DNA from: Octopus sinensis
Taxonomy: Eukaryota
Length of the DNA stretch: 64,000 nt
Direction of reading: 5' to 3'
NCBI RefSeq assembly: GCF_006345805.1
Contig: NC_043003.1
Location: forward strand, 107,756,001-107,820,000
In this document: positions 1 to 12,485 of the stretch, piece by piece
How the letters are laid out: each line of letters opens with the position of its first letter
How positions within the stretch are numbered: position 1 is the stretch's first letter
Notes under the pieces: model-generated
The model's input: only the letters and a program-made list of their open reading frames with translations
What the model was told of the DNA's origin: nothing
Database searches by the model: none
Translations under genes and position numbers: made by a program

Positions 1-858
1 ATCTTGCTTGAACTACTGCAGAGGTGAATGCAAGGATAATAGTTTTTTTTTAATATTAAAGTAAAGTCTATTTCATCTCGTGATGCCCCTCGCTCAATTA
101 TCTCTCGTGAAATTCAGAATTTAAACGACTGTACATTGTTGCAAATACCTCCATTCGCACTACTTCAAAGCAATATTTGATGTTGGAGGCAAGCTGATTC
201 CATCTATCCTGCCACCCCTTACAAATGTTGGGCTTTCCATTCCAAGTGAATACTGCTACCTTGACAATGATAAAACGTTTTGACAGTATGGCAGCGAGAG
301 AGAAGATGCAAAGCGAATAGTAATACTTGTAAGTGACGAAGCACTTCGACAGTTAAAACAGCACAAGAACTGGCCGGCAAATGGAACATTTAAGTGCTGC
401 TCTTGTATATTTTTTTCAGTTATATACACTCCACATACAAATTGATAATGTTAATGCCCCACGATTGTCCGCATTGCTCTCTGACAAAAGTTAATACACA
501 TATAGAAGACATTTTGCCAAAGTAAATGAATTACTGCAGAATGAAGGATCTGATAATATAATTATTGATTTCGAAAAAGCAGCTCATAACGGATATCTGG
601 AATCGTTTCCTGGGACGAATTTTGCATGCTGCTTGTTTCATTTAGGACTAAATGCGTACAAGCATGTTGTACAAGGAGGACTAAAATACTGATATCACGA
701 AGATGACAGTTTTAGTCTAAAAATGCGGTGTTTTGTTGCCCTTGCCTTCCTGCCGGTTGATGATGTTGTAGATGGATAAGAACAACTTGTAGATGATGAT
801 GATATTCCACAGTCAATTGTATCCTATTTTGAAAATAATCATATAGGACCACCTACAG

Positions 859-942
859 CAGTGCTCCCTAACCTGGAGTCTGCAGACCCCTGGTGGTTCT
901 CAAAGGTAGTATTGGGGGTCCGTGAACTAAATTCAAAATTTC

Positions 943-1003
<61 letters not shown>

Positions 1004-1004
1004 T

Positions 1005-1040
<36 letters not shown>

Positions 1041-1153
1041 CATACATATACATAAGGATAAGTATATTAAAAGGGGTCCGAGGGAAAATTCGTTTAAACA
1101 AAAGGGTTGGGAACCGCTGGTGGGATCCACTGTGAAAAGGATGGGAACCACTG
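859..1153. mobile_element. hAT (Charlie-like) MITE nested in the MULE transposase
   Basis: Ends CAGTGCTCCCTAACC (859) and GGGAACCACTG (1153). 8-bp flanks ACCTACAG (851-858) and ATCTAGAG (1154-1161) fit a diverged TSD of NTCTAGAN type. Removing the element restores the transposase reading G-P-P-R-G-R-G. Confidence 0.75.
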
Positions 1154-1542
1154 ATCTAGAGGAAGAGGACAGAGGAGGCAACAGCTTGAACCTCCATTTC
1201 CATTACTCATATGGAATGTTTGGGATCGATGTATGACGGGGATTGCTCGTACTACAAATAGTTTAGAAGCCTACTACAACGCACTGAAAAATACAGTGAA
1301 TATTAGTCATCCAAATATTTGGAAACTTATTGATGGGATTAAATGTGAGGAAAGCTTTGCCAGTACCAAGTTGCAGAAGTTTATGCAAGGAGAAGAACCA
1401 AGCCAAAAGAAAAAGTACAGAGATATGAACCTGAGTATAAAAATTGTCACGGAAAAATATGATCCAAACCAAAGAATTATTTTTTCTAAAAGCAATTGCT
1501 TACAATCTTAAATTTTATGAAAAAATTAATATGTAATACAGC

Positions 1543-1958
1543 GACGAATTGACTGGGAACAAAATTAAACGACGACAAATTACTGTCGACGAATTGACTG
1601 GGAACAAAATTAAACGACGACAAATTACTGTCGACGAATTGACTGGGAACAAAATTAAACGACGACAAATTACTGTCGACGAATTGACTGGGAGCAAAAT
1701 TAAACGATGACAAATTACTGTCGACGAATTGACTGGGAACAAAATTAAACGACGACAAATTACTGTCGACGAATTGACTGGGAACAAAATTAAACGACGA
1801 CAAATTACTGTCGACGAATTGACTGGGAACAAAATTAAACGACGACAAATTACTGTCGACGAATTGACTGGGAACAAAATTAAACGACGACAAATTACTG
1901 TCGACGAATTGACTGGGAACAAAATTAAACGACGACAAATTACTGTCGACGAATTGAC
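1543..1958. repeat. 45-bp tandem repeat, about 9.2 copies (subterminal array of the MULE)
   Basis: Unit GACGAATTGACTGGGAACAAAATTAAACGACGACAAATTACTGTC, head-to-tail with no spacers; only one copy (about 1690-1710) carries two substitutions. Confidence 0.95.
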
Positions 1959-2287
1959 CAGACACCATTTTTATCGATGCTGATTTCGTAAGTTTCTGTA
2001 AATATTTTTGTCGATATTCATTTCCAGAAAAGTCTTGTATTTTTATCCACAACTCGTCAACAAGAAAGCTTTTAAAATTTCCCATAGATAATTTTGACTC
2101 TACTCATTTACATAAATGTCTTTTATTTTTATTCACTGTGAGACATGTGAACATCCATTGCTTGTCCTGTGCATCACATATGATACACAAGATATATAGA
2201 TATGTTTCCCTGGCATCTATGAGTAAAATGGACTTAAGAAAGGAAAGTTTTGTATTATTCATAAAGCATGAAACTATTGAGAGAAGC

Positions 2288-2620
2288 TTGGATATTATGT
2301 CTAATGAAGAAAGGATGAACTAGGCTGCGGTAAATAGGGAACTGCTTTGTGAGATGAGGGCCAAGCAGCAAAAATTTCTTGGTCATCGGATGAGGAAGCA
2401 GGGCCTGGAAAATGTAGCGATAACCGGAAAGATTGAAAGGAAAAGAAGGAGAGGAAGGGGAAAAATGATGTGGATGTCAAGCTTGGCGAACTGGTTGGAA
2501 GAAAGAGGTATTAAACATCAGGGAGTGGAAATGTTACAGAAAACAGGGAGCAGAGAATTGTAGCAGGACTAGATTGCCTATGTCCTACATTCTGGACAGG
2601 GCACATAAAGAAAGAAAAGA
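2288..2620 (+). mobile_element. 3' fragment of an RTE-clade LINE
   Basis: Reads SNEERMN*..RELLCEMRAKQQKFLGHRMRKQGLENVAITGKIERKRRRGRGKMMWM, matching the RTE C-terminal FLGH..R..LE...GKIEG.R.RGR..W pattern; ends GGCACATAAAGAAAGAAAAGA. Confidence 0.75.
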
Positions 2621-4629
2621 CGAAACTAGGGCTAACTAAAGTCTAAAAACAAGCATGGACATTTAGGACAAATAATTTCCATAGGCAAATGGTTAAATAT
2701 CATTAGCGTTACTCATTTCCTAAGTTCCTTTAGATATTTCATATTTTATCCTTCGTTTTCGTAATATGAAGTTATTAGTTCGTATAATTATAATTACATA
2801 GTTCATGACATCCCTGTCATAATTACAAAGATCAAGATTATAATCACACGCACAAATATGCATATACATATCCTTATATACATACATGTGTGTACGAACA
2901 CACACACACACACACAGATACCCACATATAGATGTTTGTTTACCTGACATCAGCTGCTTCAAATGCCTCATAATTACAATCGCTGACACCGGGCTCGTCA
3001 TCAACATCTAAAATAGACAGTAAAATAGCACAGATCACAGAATCGAAAAACAAAAAATGTATTCGATGAAAATATCAAACATATGGAGAGTGAAGCTTAA
3101 GCATTCACAATCACACTTGTAAGTGTGAATGAAGACTGTGTGGAAAGTATCAATCTGAATGTAGAAAAGAGTATGAAGATTAATGATTACACCAAAAACA
3201 ACACCATTATAAAATTTGTAAATGGTAAGGGTTAACATGAGTGACTCTACGCGAATCAACTCAACAAAATCAACGAAGAGTGGACAAGTTGTGTTACAAA
3301 CGACAGTAGCTCCTTACTCGAAAGTTTTATGTAGGTAAGGGCGCGGAGGGAGGTGACATAAATACGTTTTAAAAAAACAGTAAGGTCGTTTATTGTGACA
3401 TCAAAAATGCTGCTAGTGTGTGGAAGTTGTCGGAAGTGATGGAGAGCAGAGGTAAGAAGCAAGAGCATATAGTCGGATTGCGGCTGTATTATCATCGAAT
3501 CCTAATAAGACATGACTATCCCATCTTGCCAATCCTTTAATGGAGTGGTGAAGCAGCCGATCATACTGTTGGTGTAAAGCAGAAACCTTGCTTCTACAGC
3601 TACAGAAGTAAAGGTTACTTGAAGGGCTTCAGACCAGAAGAGGGAAGGGAAGGGTAACAACCAACAAAGGAAGAGGTGAAGTTGCTGCTACCGTTGATTT
3701 ACGGTTGCAGCTTTGCTATTGTTCATAATGGAAACAAATAAAAATACTTATCTTCTGTGCCACCAGAACTAAAGACTAGCGGTGACTGAGAAACCAAAGA
3801 CCTGCTTCAAGCAACAAGAAGCAGCGCTACACTGTTGTCTTGCAGCAATGACGCAAAAACAGAAACCGGAGAAGGATAGGAAACTAATAAGGAACTGATC
3901 ATGAAACACGGAGTATCAAAAAGCAAACAAGAAGCTGGATACTCTTCACGAAGACGTGTAAATCTCTTTGTAAAGTTTAGTTTACATGGCTGTCCGAGTG
4001 GAGAAGGAAAATCTGAAGAACAATGGGGATATGGCTTTTTTGGTAAAAACATTTGATATACTTCATATTTCCTTAGTACACTAATTATTTTTTCACTAGC
4101 TTGCTTCCAAGTAATTTTCTAAAGCTACTATTTAACCTTCGTAGTAGTTTTCTATTTGTATCAGATACTGTTTGCTTTCTGTTATGTGTTAGGTGTATTT
4201 TATTTGTGTCGGTCTTGGGATAATGAGCTCCGAACGTCACCAGTATTTCCAGGTTTTTCTGTCTTGGCTGTTCAATTTATTACACTTCCATGTAACCATG
4301 TTGCAGCAGTAATTTATAATCAAGATAGATTGTCTGCACACACACAATTTTATGTCTAGTATTGAGCTCGGCCTTTAATATAAGTCTAACTATTCTGTGA
4401 TACACTTTTCTAATTTATTCCTACATCTCTGTTGTATTTTATCAGTTTCAGCTATTCTAAAGAATTTTTAAGATTCTTTCTCGACCAGTTCCCTCATTTC
4501 GGTGCCAGTATCTAATCGAATGATTTAACTTTTACCTAAATCGCATTTTCTTTCAGTAGCTTTGGTTCAATTGATGGTGGATAGCACTGAAAAAGAACAT
4601 TAGAGTAAAGGTGTTAGGGTTTCGTAAAG

Positions 4630-6025
4630 AATTAACGTTAGAGGAATAGGAAACTAGAAAAGCACTTAATAGAGGCATAGCGATTGATGTGCTGGCGGTG
4701 AGATTACCTCTTAATAAATTCTTCAGTACCAGATACGAAGGTTGTGTTGTCAGAGCTAGGGCGCGTGCATTAAATCACGAGGGGATGAAAGCCGTTGGAT
4801 GGTCCAGGTGGAAGAGGAGAGGTGCAACGTGGAAACAAAGCTACAATTCGTTCGGTCTTTGACGGACTAGGACGGGCTCGACATGTTCGATGAACTCTTG
4901 GCGGATGTCTACTGCATCTGGCAACAAAACGGGAGAATTCTAGTCCTGTGAGCCGTGGTGTGGTCGTGCTGCTAAAAAAGGAATCGACCAAGGGGGACGA
5001 GATTATTTTAGGCCCGTAATTCTGCTAATCGCAGATTATAAGATTTTGGCCAAGGTGTTAGCAAAGAGGTTGGCGTTTGTCGATAAACTGGCTGAGGATG
5101 AGCGCGTAGGATCTGGAATGCCGGCTAGTGCTCACAGCCCTCAACCAGTCAGGCAATGTGGTCGGTGAAAGTTCCACATTGGAGTTCTATAGGGGAATAG
5201 CAATGAGCAAGAGCGATGACATCTTAGGAGAATCTCAGAGCGTTGAGAGAGATCATTTATCTGGTCTTTCGCGGAGGACTTTCGGGCCGGGGCCTATGGA
5301 TAGTTTCCAGAAACTATCCATAGACATGCGCTGTTCCAAACAGATCTATCCATGATAACCACCTCACTCGTTACATCCCAGAAACGGTTGGCAAGGAACC
5401 TGGGATTGGTGGGGCCCTGATCAATTTGGATTAATCAAAAACTTTTGACAGGGTCGACCATCAATAATTGGAGACTTTCCTCGCGGTGGTCGGTTTCGGA
5501 CACGATTTTAGAGGCTGGATCGCGGCAGTCTGCAGCGACATCTGTTCGGTGGTCAAAGTAAATGGTCATTTATCGGAATTGTGAGGGGTGAGAGGAGCAA
5601 AGACTAACCTGGAGAAGTCGGTGGGCCTGCAGCTCGGCATCTGTGGTGACAGGTGCATGCTACTCGATAGCGTTGTGGGGCGCTGGACAGAAGGACCGGT
5701 TAAATTGCTTGGAGGCTGGTTTGGTCCAGACCTTCAAGTGGTCAAGAACTGAGGTGGGGAGATGAGGAGGTTTGTGGCCAATCTCATTCAGAAATGGGAC
5801 AGAGAAGAGGCTGCTCCTAAAGGGTCGGGCGGAGGTGGCAGATGTGTACATTACTTCCGTCATTTACTACCACCTGGCCATCGTCCATTGCGCGTCTTTG
5901 CTGCTTATCAAAGTGGAGCGCTTGCACTTCTACTTTCTGTGGAAGGGACGTATTCGTGTTCTGCTCGTCAGATGGACCATCTGCTCTGAGCAGCCGCTGA
6001 GTGGATGGCTAAGCATGCCGTGGCT
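4630..6025 (+). mobile_element. Internally deleted, rearranged Tx1/L1-clade LINE ORF2 remnant
   Basis: INVRG (endonuclease start, about 4632), RGVVVLLKK..FRP..LLIADYKILAKVLAKRL, IHDN..ALINLD*SKTFDRVDH..GFG..WI..VKVNG (RT), GAKTNLEKSVGL..GPVKLLG.WFGPDLQ, LKGRAEV..FLWKG..LSMPWL (post-RT). Confidence 0.85.
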
Positions 6026-6037
6026 ATATATATATAT

Positions 6038-6444
6038 ACGGTGCATGCGTGGCTGTGTGCTATGAAGCTGGCTTCCCAACAACATGGTTCCGGGTTCAGT
6101 CCCACTGCGTGGTGCCTTGGACTAGTGTTTTCTGGTGTAACCTCGAGCCATCCAAAGCCCTCTGAGAGGATTTGGTAGACAGAAATGATAGAATCTCGTC
6201 GTATTTATATATATGTATATATATATGTGTGTGTCTTTGTATCTGTGTTTGTCTACCCATCACCACTTGACAACCGGTGTTGGTGTGCTTATGTCTTTGT
6301 AACTTAGCGGTTCGGCACAAGTGACCGATAGAATAAGTACTAGACTTTAAAATATAGGTCCTTGGGTTGATTTATTTGATTAAAAACCCTTCAAGGCAGT
6401 GCTCCAGCATGGATGCAGTCAAATGTCTGAAACAAGTAAAATAA
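6038..6444 (+). mobile_element. tRNA-derived SINE (octopus OR-like family) with internal (TA)/(TG) tract
   Basis: A-box-like TGGCTGTGTG, B-box-like GGGTTCAGTCCC, body GGATTTGGTAGACAGAAA, 3' part GTAACTTAGCGGTTCGGCA..CTCCAGCATGG..GCAGTCAAATG.CTGAAACAAGTAAAA; the same family recurs across the window. Confidence 0.85.
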
Positions 6445-6503
6445 TATATATATATAATATATATATATACTATATATATATATATATTATATATATATAT
6501 ATG

Positions 6504-6540
<37 letters not shown>

Positions 6541-6611
6541 TATATATATATATGTATACGCATGTATGTATATATTATATATATATATATATATTATATA
6601 CAAATATATAC

Positions 6612-6644
<33 letters not shown>

Positions 6645-6752
6645 CATACATATATATATATATACATATATATACATACACACACACATATATATATATA
6701 TACATATACACATACACACATATATACATACACACACAAACACACACACATA

Positions 6753-6796
<44 letters not shown>

Positions 6797-6820
6797 CACA
6801 CACACACACACATATATATA
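6445..6820. repeat. Compound (TA)n/(CA)n microsatellite
   Basis: Direct reading. Confidence 0.95.
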
Positions 6821-8370
6821 CACTGGCCAAAATAACTTTCAGACCGATGATGACAGTTCTATTCCTTCATTAATTTATTTTTTTAACAAAACGGAATAAA
6901 ATTGTTTTACTCGTTACAATTTATGTAGAATTTTTTTCTCTTTCGAATGATATAGGCGTTATATATCTTTCTACAATTCGAATAATTTTAATGCGCAATT
7001 AATTCAAATAATTCAAAATTGTCAGCAAAATAAGTTTAAGACCGTACCAACAATATTTTATGTAAATTGAAAAATTTACGGCACAAATGATTAATGAACA
7101 AAAATTTATTATTAGTATCTAGTTCCATAGTCATTATTTTCAATTACGGCCTTACAACGGCGAGACATGGAGCTCGACAAATGAGCACAAAAATTGCTTG
7201 GAATGTTCTGCCATATTTCTTCACTAAATTCATATAATTGGGAAAAATTTGTTGGTTTGTTTTTAGCATGAACTCTTTTAGAAACATAATTTCATAAATT
7301 TTCTATTGGATTCAAATCCGGGCTCTGCGGAGGCCATTCTATAACCATCATATTATTGCACTCAAAATATTGCAAACTTTCCTTAGCCTTATGAACGGGG
7401 CAATTGCCCTGCTGGAAAATAGATCCCGGTGGCATCTGATTATTTAAATATATTTTCATTTGCTAATTGCAGATAGCCTACACTGTTAAGTCTGCCATCT
7501 AACTTAACAACTGGACCAACACCTAAACTGCTGAACAGGGCCCACACCATTACTCCCACCCCAGCTTGCGCCGTTTTCTTGACACACTTAGGATGGAATT
7601 CTTCAGTTGGACTACGTCTAGCATAAGACTTTCCGTCTGATCCAAAGATGCAGAAGCGGGATTCGTCGCTCCAAAGAATTCTTTACCAGTCTTCGGCCGT
7701 TCATTCAATATGTCTTTTAGTAAACTTAGTCTGCTTCCGCCGGTTCGTCTCAGAAATCATCGGTTTCTTTCGAGCGATCCGGCAAACAGTCGAAATTCTT
7801 TTAAGCGGTTTTTGACAGTTTGAGGTGTCAAGCTGATGTCAATCTCATCAGATGTCCACTGCAAATGTCCACTGCTGTTAGTATTCGTTTACCTTCAGAG
7901 AGCCTATGAATTCGCCGATCCATCTGTGCTGTTGTTTTTCTCGGCGCGCACGTTCTTTGCCGATCTTTATATTGGCCAGTGGCTTGGTAAAACTTCCATG
8001 CTTGAACACAAGCCGTTTTGCTGCATCCTAATTGCTAGCTAATGTTCCTGAAGGGCACATCTCTCTGACGAAGCAACACAATCTTTGATCTAGTAACTGG
8101 GCTGATACTACCGCGCTTTCCCATAGCGAATTAATGTGTAACACTACTCGATTATTAAACAAAACAGTGCAGTACGATCAGCCATATGACCACCCATTTG
8201 GTTTATTAATTTGTATAATCTTAGTACGGTCTTAAACTTATTTTGTCGACAATTTCTAATCATTTGAATTAATTGTGCATTAAAATTATTCGAATTGTAT
8301 AAAGATATATAATGTCTATATCATTCGAAAGAGAAAAAAAAATTCTACATAAAGTGTAAAAAGTAAAATT
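6821..8370 (-). mobile_element. Tc1-family DNA transposon (DD34E), decayed; outer right TIR lost
   Basis: Starts TA|CACTGGCCAAAATAAC. Left TIR segment about 6905-7050 is inverted at about 8224-8370. Encloses a transposase pseudogene. Confidence 0.9.
7112..8124 (-). pseudogene. Tc1 transposase pseudogene
   Basis: MGKRGSISPVTRSKIV..RKKPMIS..ILWSDESRFCIFGSDG..VMVWG..FQQGNCPVHKA..WPPQSPDLNPIENL..SMSRRCKAVIENNDYGTRY*. 34 residues between the second catalytic position (D>G) and E; several stops and frameshifts. Confidence 0.9.
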
Positions 8371-8443
8371 ATTTTACTTTTTACACTTTATGTAGAATTA
8401 TTTTTTCTCTTTCGAATGATATAGACATTATATATCTTTATAC

Positions 8444-8447
<4 letters not shown>
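8293..8447. repeat. 155-bp fold-back palindrome at the Tc1 right TIR
   Basis: 77-bp arms (8293-8369 and 8371-8447) with a 1-nt spacer and one difference in the A-run. Confidence 0.9.
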
Positions 8448-8514
<67 letters not shown>

Positions 8515-8516
<2 letters not shown>

Positions 8517-8677
8517 ACAGGCTTCTACACATTTTCCGTCTACCGAATTCTTACAAAATGATCAGTCGGCCCGGGGGTTTAGTAGAAGGTACTTGCCCAG
8601 GATGCCGCGTGGTGGAACTGAACCCGAGACTACATAGCTGGGAAGCTAGCTTGTTTAACCACACAGCCATACCTGCA
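8515..8677 (-). mobile_element. SINE 5' half (OR-like family)
   Basis: Reverse complement of the head: AACCACACAGCC, GGAACTGAACCCG, TTTCCGTCTACC. Confidence 0.75.
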
Positions 8678-9319
8678 AGTATACAGATATTTTATGTTAA
8701 AGTTAGAAGAATTTCTTCACAATGAACTGTGAACATTTTCTAAGCATAAAGCTTTGGGAATATCGAAATAATACGCAGCAAGAAATAGTTTCCAATAAAA
8801 GTCTGTGTCTATGGACTAATAACAAAGGAGAGCAGTTTTGCTGGTTTTGAGACAATTTTGATATCTATGACAATATCCCAGTATAGCCCCAGCTACACCA
8901 GACATGCACAGCATTGTCAGTTGCAGAACACAATATCCGTAAAATGCTGGTATTATAATGAAATGAACATAAACGAACAGGTTATAGGGAAAGATTATAC
9001 AATTAAATGCACATACGTACAGTATGAACAACAAGTTATACTCCCCAAGTACACGCATACACACACGCGCAGAGACACACATAGGCCTAAACGTGCAAAC
9101 GCATACAAATATATTTGGTTGTATGGTTGTACAGAAGAATCATGAAATAGTTTTGCTGTAAGGCGACTGGTGCTGGTGGGGGTGAACGGTTATAGCAACG
9201 GCAGAGCAATAAAATCCTAGTTTTTTTAATGCATTTTAACGATATATACTCAATAATTAAATAACGATATAAAGAATGCATATATACATGTGTGCGTGAG
9301 CGTGTGTGTGTGAATATAT

Positions 9320-9467
9320 ACATGTACATATATATATATACACATATTTATATTATATAAATATATACATATTTATATTATATATATATATTATTCATAT
9401 TATATATATATATATTATATATAATACATTTATATTATATAATACATTTATAGATTATATACATATA

Positions 9468-9536
<69 letters not shown>

Positions 9537-9886
9537 ATCTATAAATGTATATATATAATATAAATATGTATATATATATATTATATATATATATATAATA
9601 TGAATAATATATATATTATATATAATATATATATATATATATAACAGTAACACGAACATTGAGGGTTGTTAAGCCAGAACGAATGAAAAAATATTTATAT
9701 ATATATATATATTATATATATATATAATTATCTGTTTATTTATATTTATTTATGTAATTTACTGTTCCGTTATTGATGAGATCAACCCCTACAACATTCT
9801 CCATCCAATGACACACACAGATATATATGTAAATATATAAATATATCTATATCTATCTACATATATCAATATATATATATGTATAC

Positions 9887-9940
<54 letters not shown>

Positions 9941-9965
9941 TATTATATATATATATATGTATATA

Positions 9966-10009
<44 letters not shown>

Positions 10010-10062
10010 CATTTATAGATTATATACATATATATATATACATATTTATATTATATATATAA
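9320..10062. repeat. Degenerate (TA)n microsatellite field with short unique islands
   Basis: Direct reading. Confidence 0.9.
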
Positions 10063-10332
10063 CATAAAGAAAGTAAAAACCAGGGTAGCAAAATAGTGAT
10101 AAAACTGATGATGAGGACGACGATGACGATGACGATGATGATGATGATAAATTAGAAAAACAACAGAGATTCATCATCGATCCATCGATCAATCAAATAC
10201 ATGAGCAACGTGATTATATATGTAATCTTTCTATCAATATATTATCCATCACTAGAATTCTGTTTTGGTCCTCAGCAGTGGACCAACCCCAATATTATCA
10301 ATATGTATTATATAGGTATGTATTATCGATGT

Positions 10333-10363
<31 letters not shown>

Positions 10364-11148
10364 TCGATATGCATAAAACTTAGATAAAACTTAGATATGT
10401 TTCGACCAGAGATTGGTCCAGGCCATGTCTAACTTAATAGCACCACCTGATAGGATTAGACGGCTTTCACTGTCTCTCTCGCCGTTCTCAAAGCGTTCAA
10501 AATATTTTTTCATTCGTTCTGGCTTAACAACCCTTAATGTTCGTGTTAATGTTATTCTCTTTGTCCTGTCTTTTACTGTTTATATTTTGTATTGTTTTTA
10601 CTGTCCTGTTTTTGTTACCATTTTTACCCCTCCGCAAAAAAATCTCAAATTTTATTTAATTTGCTTTTGCGGGAAGGATTGTTTCAATAAATTCGTGTCT
10701 CGCCTTTACCTTCGAAACGCGGAGTAGATAAAACAGAGGCGGCTGAAGAAGGGGAATGTTCCTTGTGTTGTATGTCTTGTACTCTATGTTTTCGTTGTTT
10801 AAGAAAAATGTCCATTTCCTTGGTTTTGTGTTTATGTTTTCGTTTCTCATTGTGTTCGACGTTTTTTTGGTGTCCTGTGCCCATATATGCATGTATATAT
10901 ACATATAGATGTAGGTACGTACATATATGTATGTATATATGCATATGTTTTATTTATTATTTTGTTATTATATATATATATAAATAGATGAAAGAATGGC
11001 GTCGAACGAAGATGTTAACAAAATTCCTTTACTCTCGACATATGTTTCGAAGACAACATGGTTTCATTCCAAAGGAATAAAGGGTGTAAGATGCAATCTT
11101 CTCATCAGGAAAGAAAGGGACCCTCTCTCGACAACAAGACAAACAAAA

Positions 11149-11216
11149 ATTTCGATGACCGCCTACATGGTAAACAAAACGATCGCTTTGTTTACCATGT
11201 AGGCGGTCATCGAAAT
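11149..11216. other. Isolated 68-bp hairpin with perfect 30-bp arms
   Basis: ATTTCGATGACCGCCTACATGGTAAACAAA-ACGATCGC-TTTGTTTACCATGTAGGCGGTCATCGAAAT. Confidence 0.9.
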
Positions 11217-11424
11217 CGCATCCCACCAAATTTCAGGCCTTCTGTCTTTAGTAGAAAGGATTATTATGATCATTATTGTGTAAAAATGCACCATCTATAT
11301 TTTCATATTCTTGTATTGTTATTAGTGTGAAAATGCTGCAACAATATTTGCAGACCTCAGTCTTGCTATCACTGTGTGAAAATACACCAGTAATATTTAC
11401 AGATCGCAAAATGTTTATGTTGAA

Positions 11425-11575
11425 AGCACATGGCCCAGCCTTTAGAGGGCAGCACTCACGATCGTAAGATCAGATGGTGCGTTGTGTTCTTGAGCAAAAG
11501 ACTTCTTTTCGCGTTGCGCCAGTCCACTCAGCTGTAGATGGGTTCTAGTAAAAGCTGGGAAGTTATCCTGCAACA
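11425..11575 (+). mobile_element. Degenerate tRNA-derived SINE (second family, GTTCTTGAGCAA core)
   Basis: GCGTTGTGTTCTTGAGCAAAAGAC..CAGTCCACTCAGCTGTAGA; the same core occurs at about 22130 and 45105. Confidence 0.6.
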
Positions 11576-12485
11576 GACTAACGATCCGTTCAGTGGAAAA
11601 TGTTGTAATCTTAGTCACCTATGCGCCTAGGAACCGGATCAAGCTCCAGGCCACCAACTCCTAGAGTTCATGTCAGATTTAAGCCAAAGTCTATATCATT
11701 ACTATATTATTCCAACAATATTTAGAGTTCCCAGTGTTTCTCTTACTGAGTGAAGAAGTTCCAGAAATGATTATAGATCCTAGTCCTGTTATAATGTTCC
11801 AGGAATGACTACTGGCCCTAGTAATGTTATTAACACGTGAAAATGTACCAGCAATAATTACATACCCTAGTATTATTATTACTGAGTGAAAATGTTCCAG
11901 TAATATTTATACATCATGGCATGGCTATTTTCTACAGAGTATCTCTGTCTCTTGAAGTATGCCAATATTCTTGCATAAACCGCTGGGTATTATTCTAGTT
12001 CTATCAATTACAAATGGGACGGTGGTCACATTTATTAACTGCCATAATACTTTTCATTCAGCTGCTCAGTCGATGTAATTCCTTTTCTTTTCAACCCACT
12101 TCAATACATTACAGTCATCTTTGTATTGCTGTGAAAATTATTAATAGACTGCTGTCATATTTCGTCATGGAAAAATGACAGGCCTATTATGTGCTATTTA
12201 GTGGTCTGTCTGTATGCCAAAGTTCCATAGTATTTTTGCATTGTCGTTTGTCTAAGCTAGATGGAGATTAATATGAATATCTCAGAACTTTTTATTAAAG
12301 AAGCTGAATTGGGTGGTCAGGCGTATGTGGAGTAGCACTGATATAATATTATCTCTTGAAATATATTTCATACGATTTAGCGCAGGACATCCTCATACAA
12401 TGTGTAATATTTCGGAAAATACACCACAAAGACAAAATGTGTTATATATGATATTTAATATTTAATATATAATCCTTCTCATACC

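Larger units (their letters stand above)
1..1966 (+). mobile_element. Decayed Mutator/MULE DNA transposon (left part outside window), interrupted by a hAT MITE
   Basis: Manual translation across frameshifts/stops gives W-P-A-NGTFK..QLYTLH, IIIDFEKAAHN..FPG..CCLFHLG, MRCFVALAFLP, then after the insertion RGRGQRR..PPFP..WN..RTTNSLEAYYNAL..SHPNIWKLI (ORF 1233-1511), matching MULE DDE transposase motifs. Followed by a subterminal tandem array ending in GACCAGACACC near 1966 (right end approximate). Confidence 0.85.

Noticed and set aside
1543-1958. 45-bp array as a CRISPR array or repeat-protein ORFs (199/135/84 aa)
   Set aside because: No unique spacers, no cas genes, eukaryotic context; open frames are a by-product of a unit length divisible by 3.
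10390-10440. Minus-strand GACCA-ATCTC-TGGTC-GAAAC as a hammerhead
   Set aside because: The CUGANGA core is missing and no convincing stem I.
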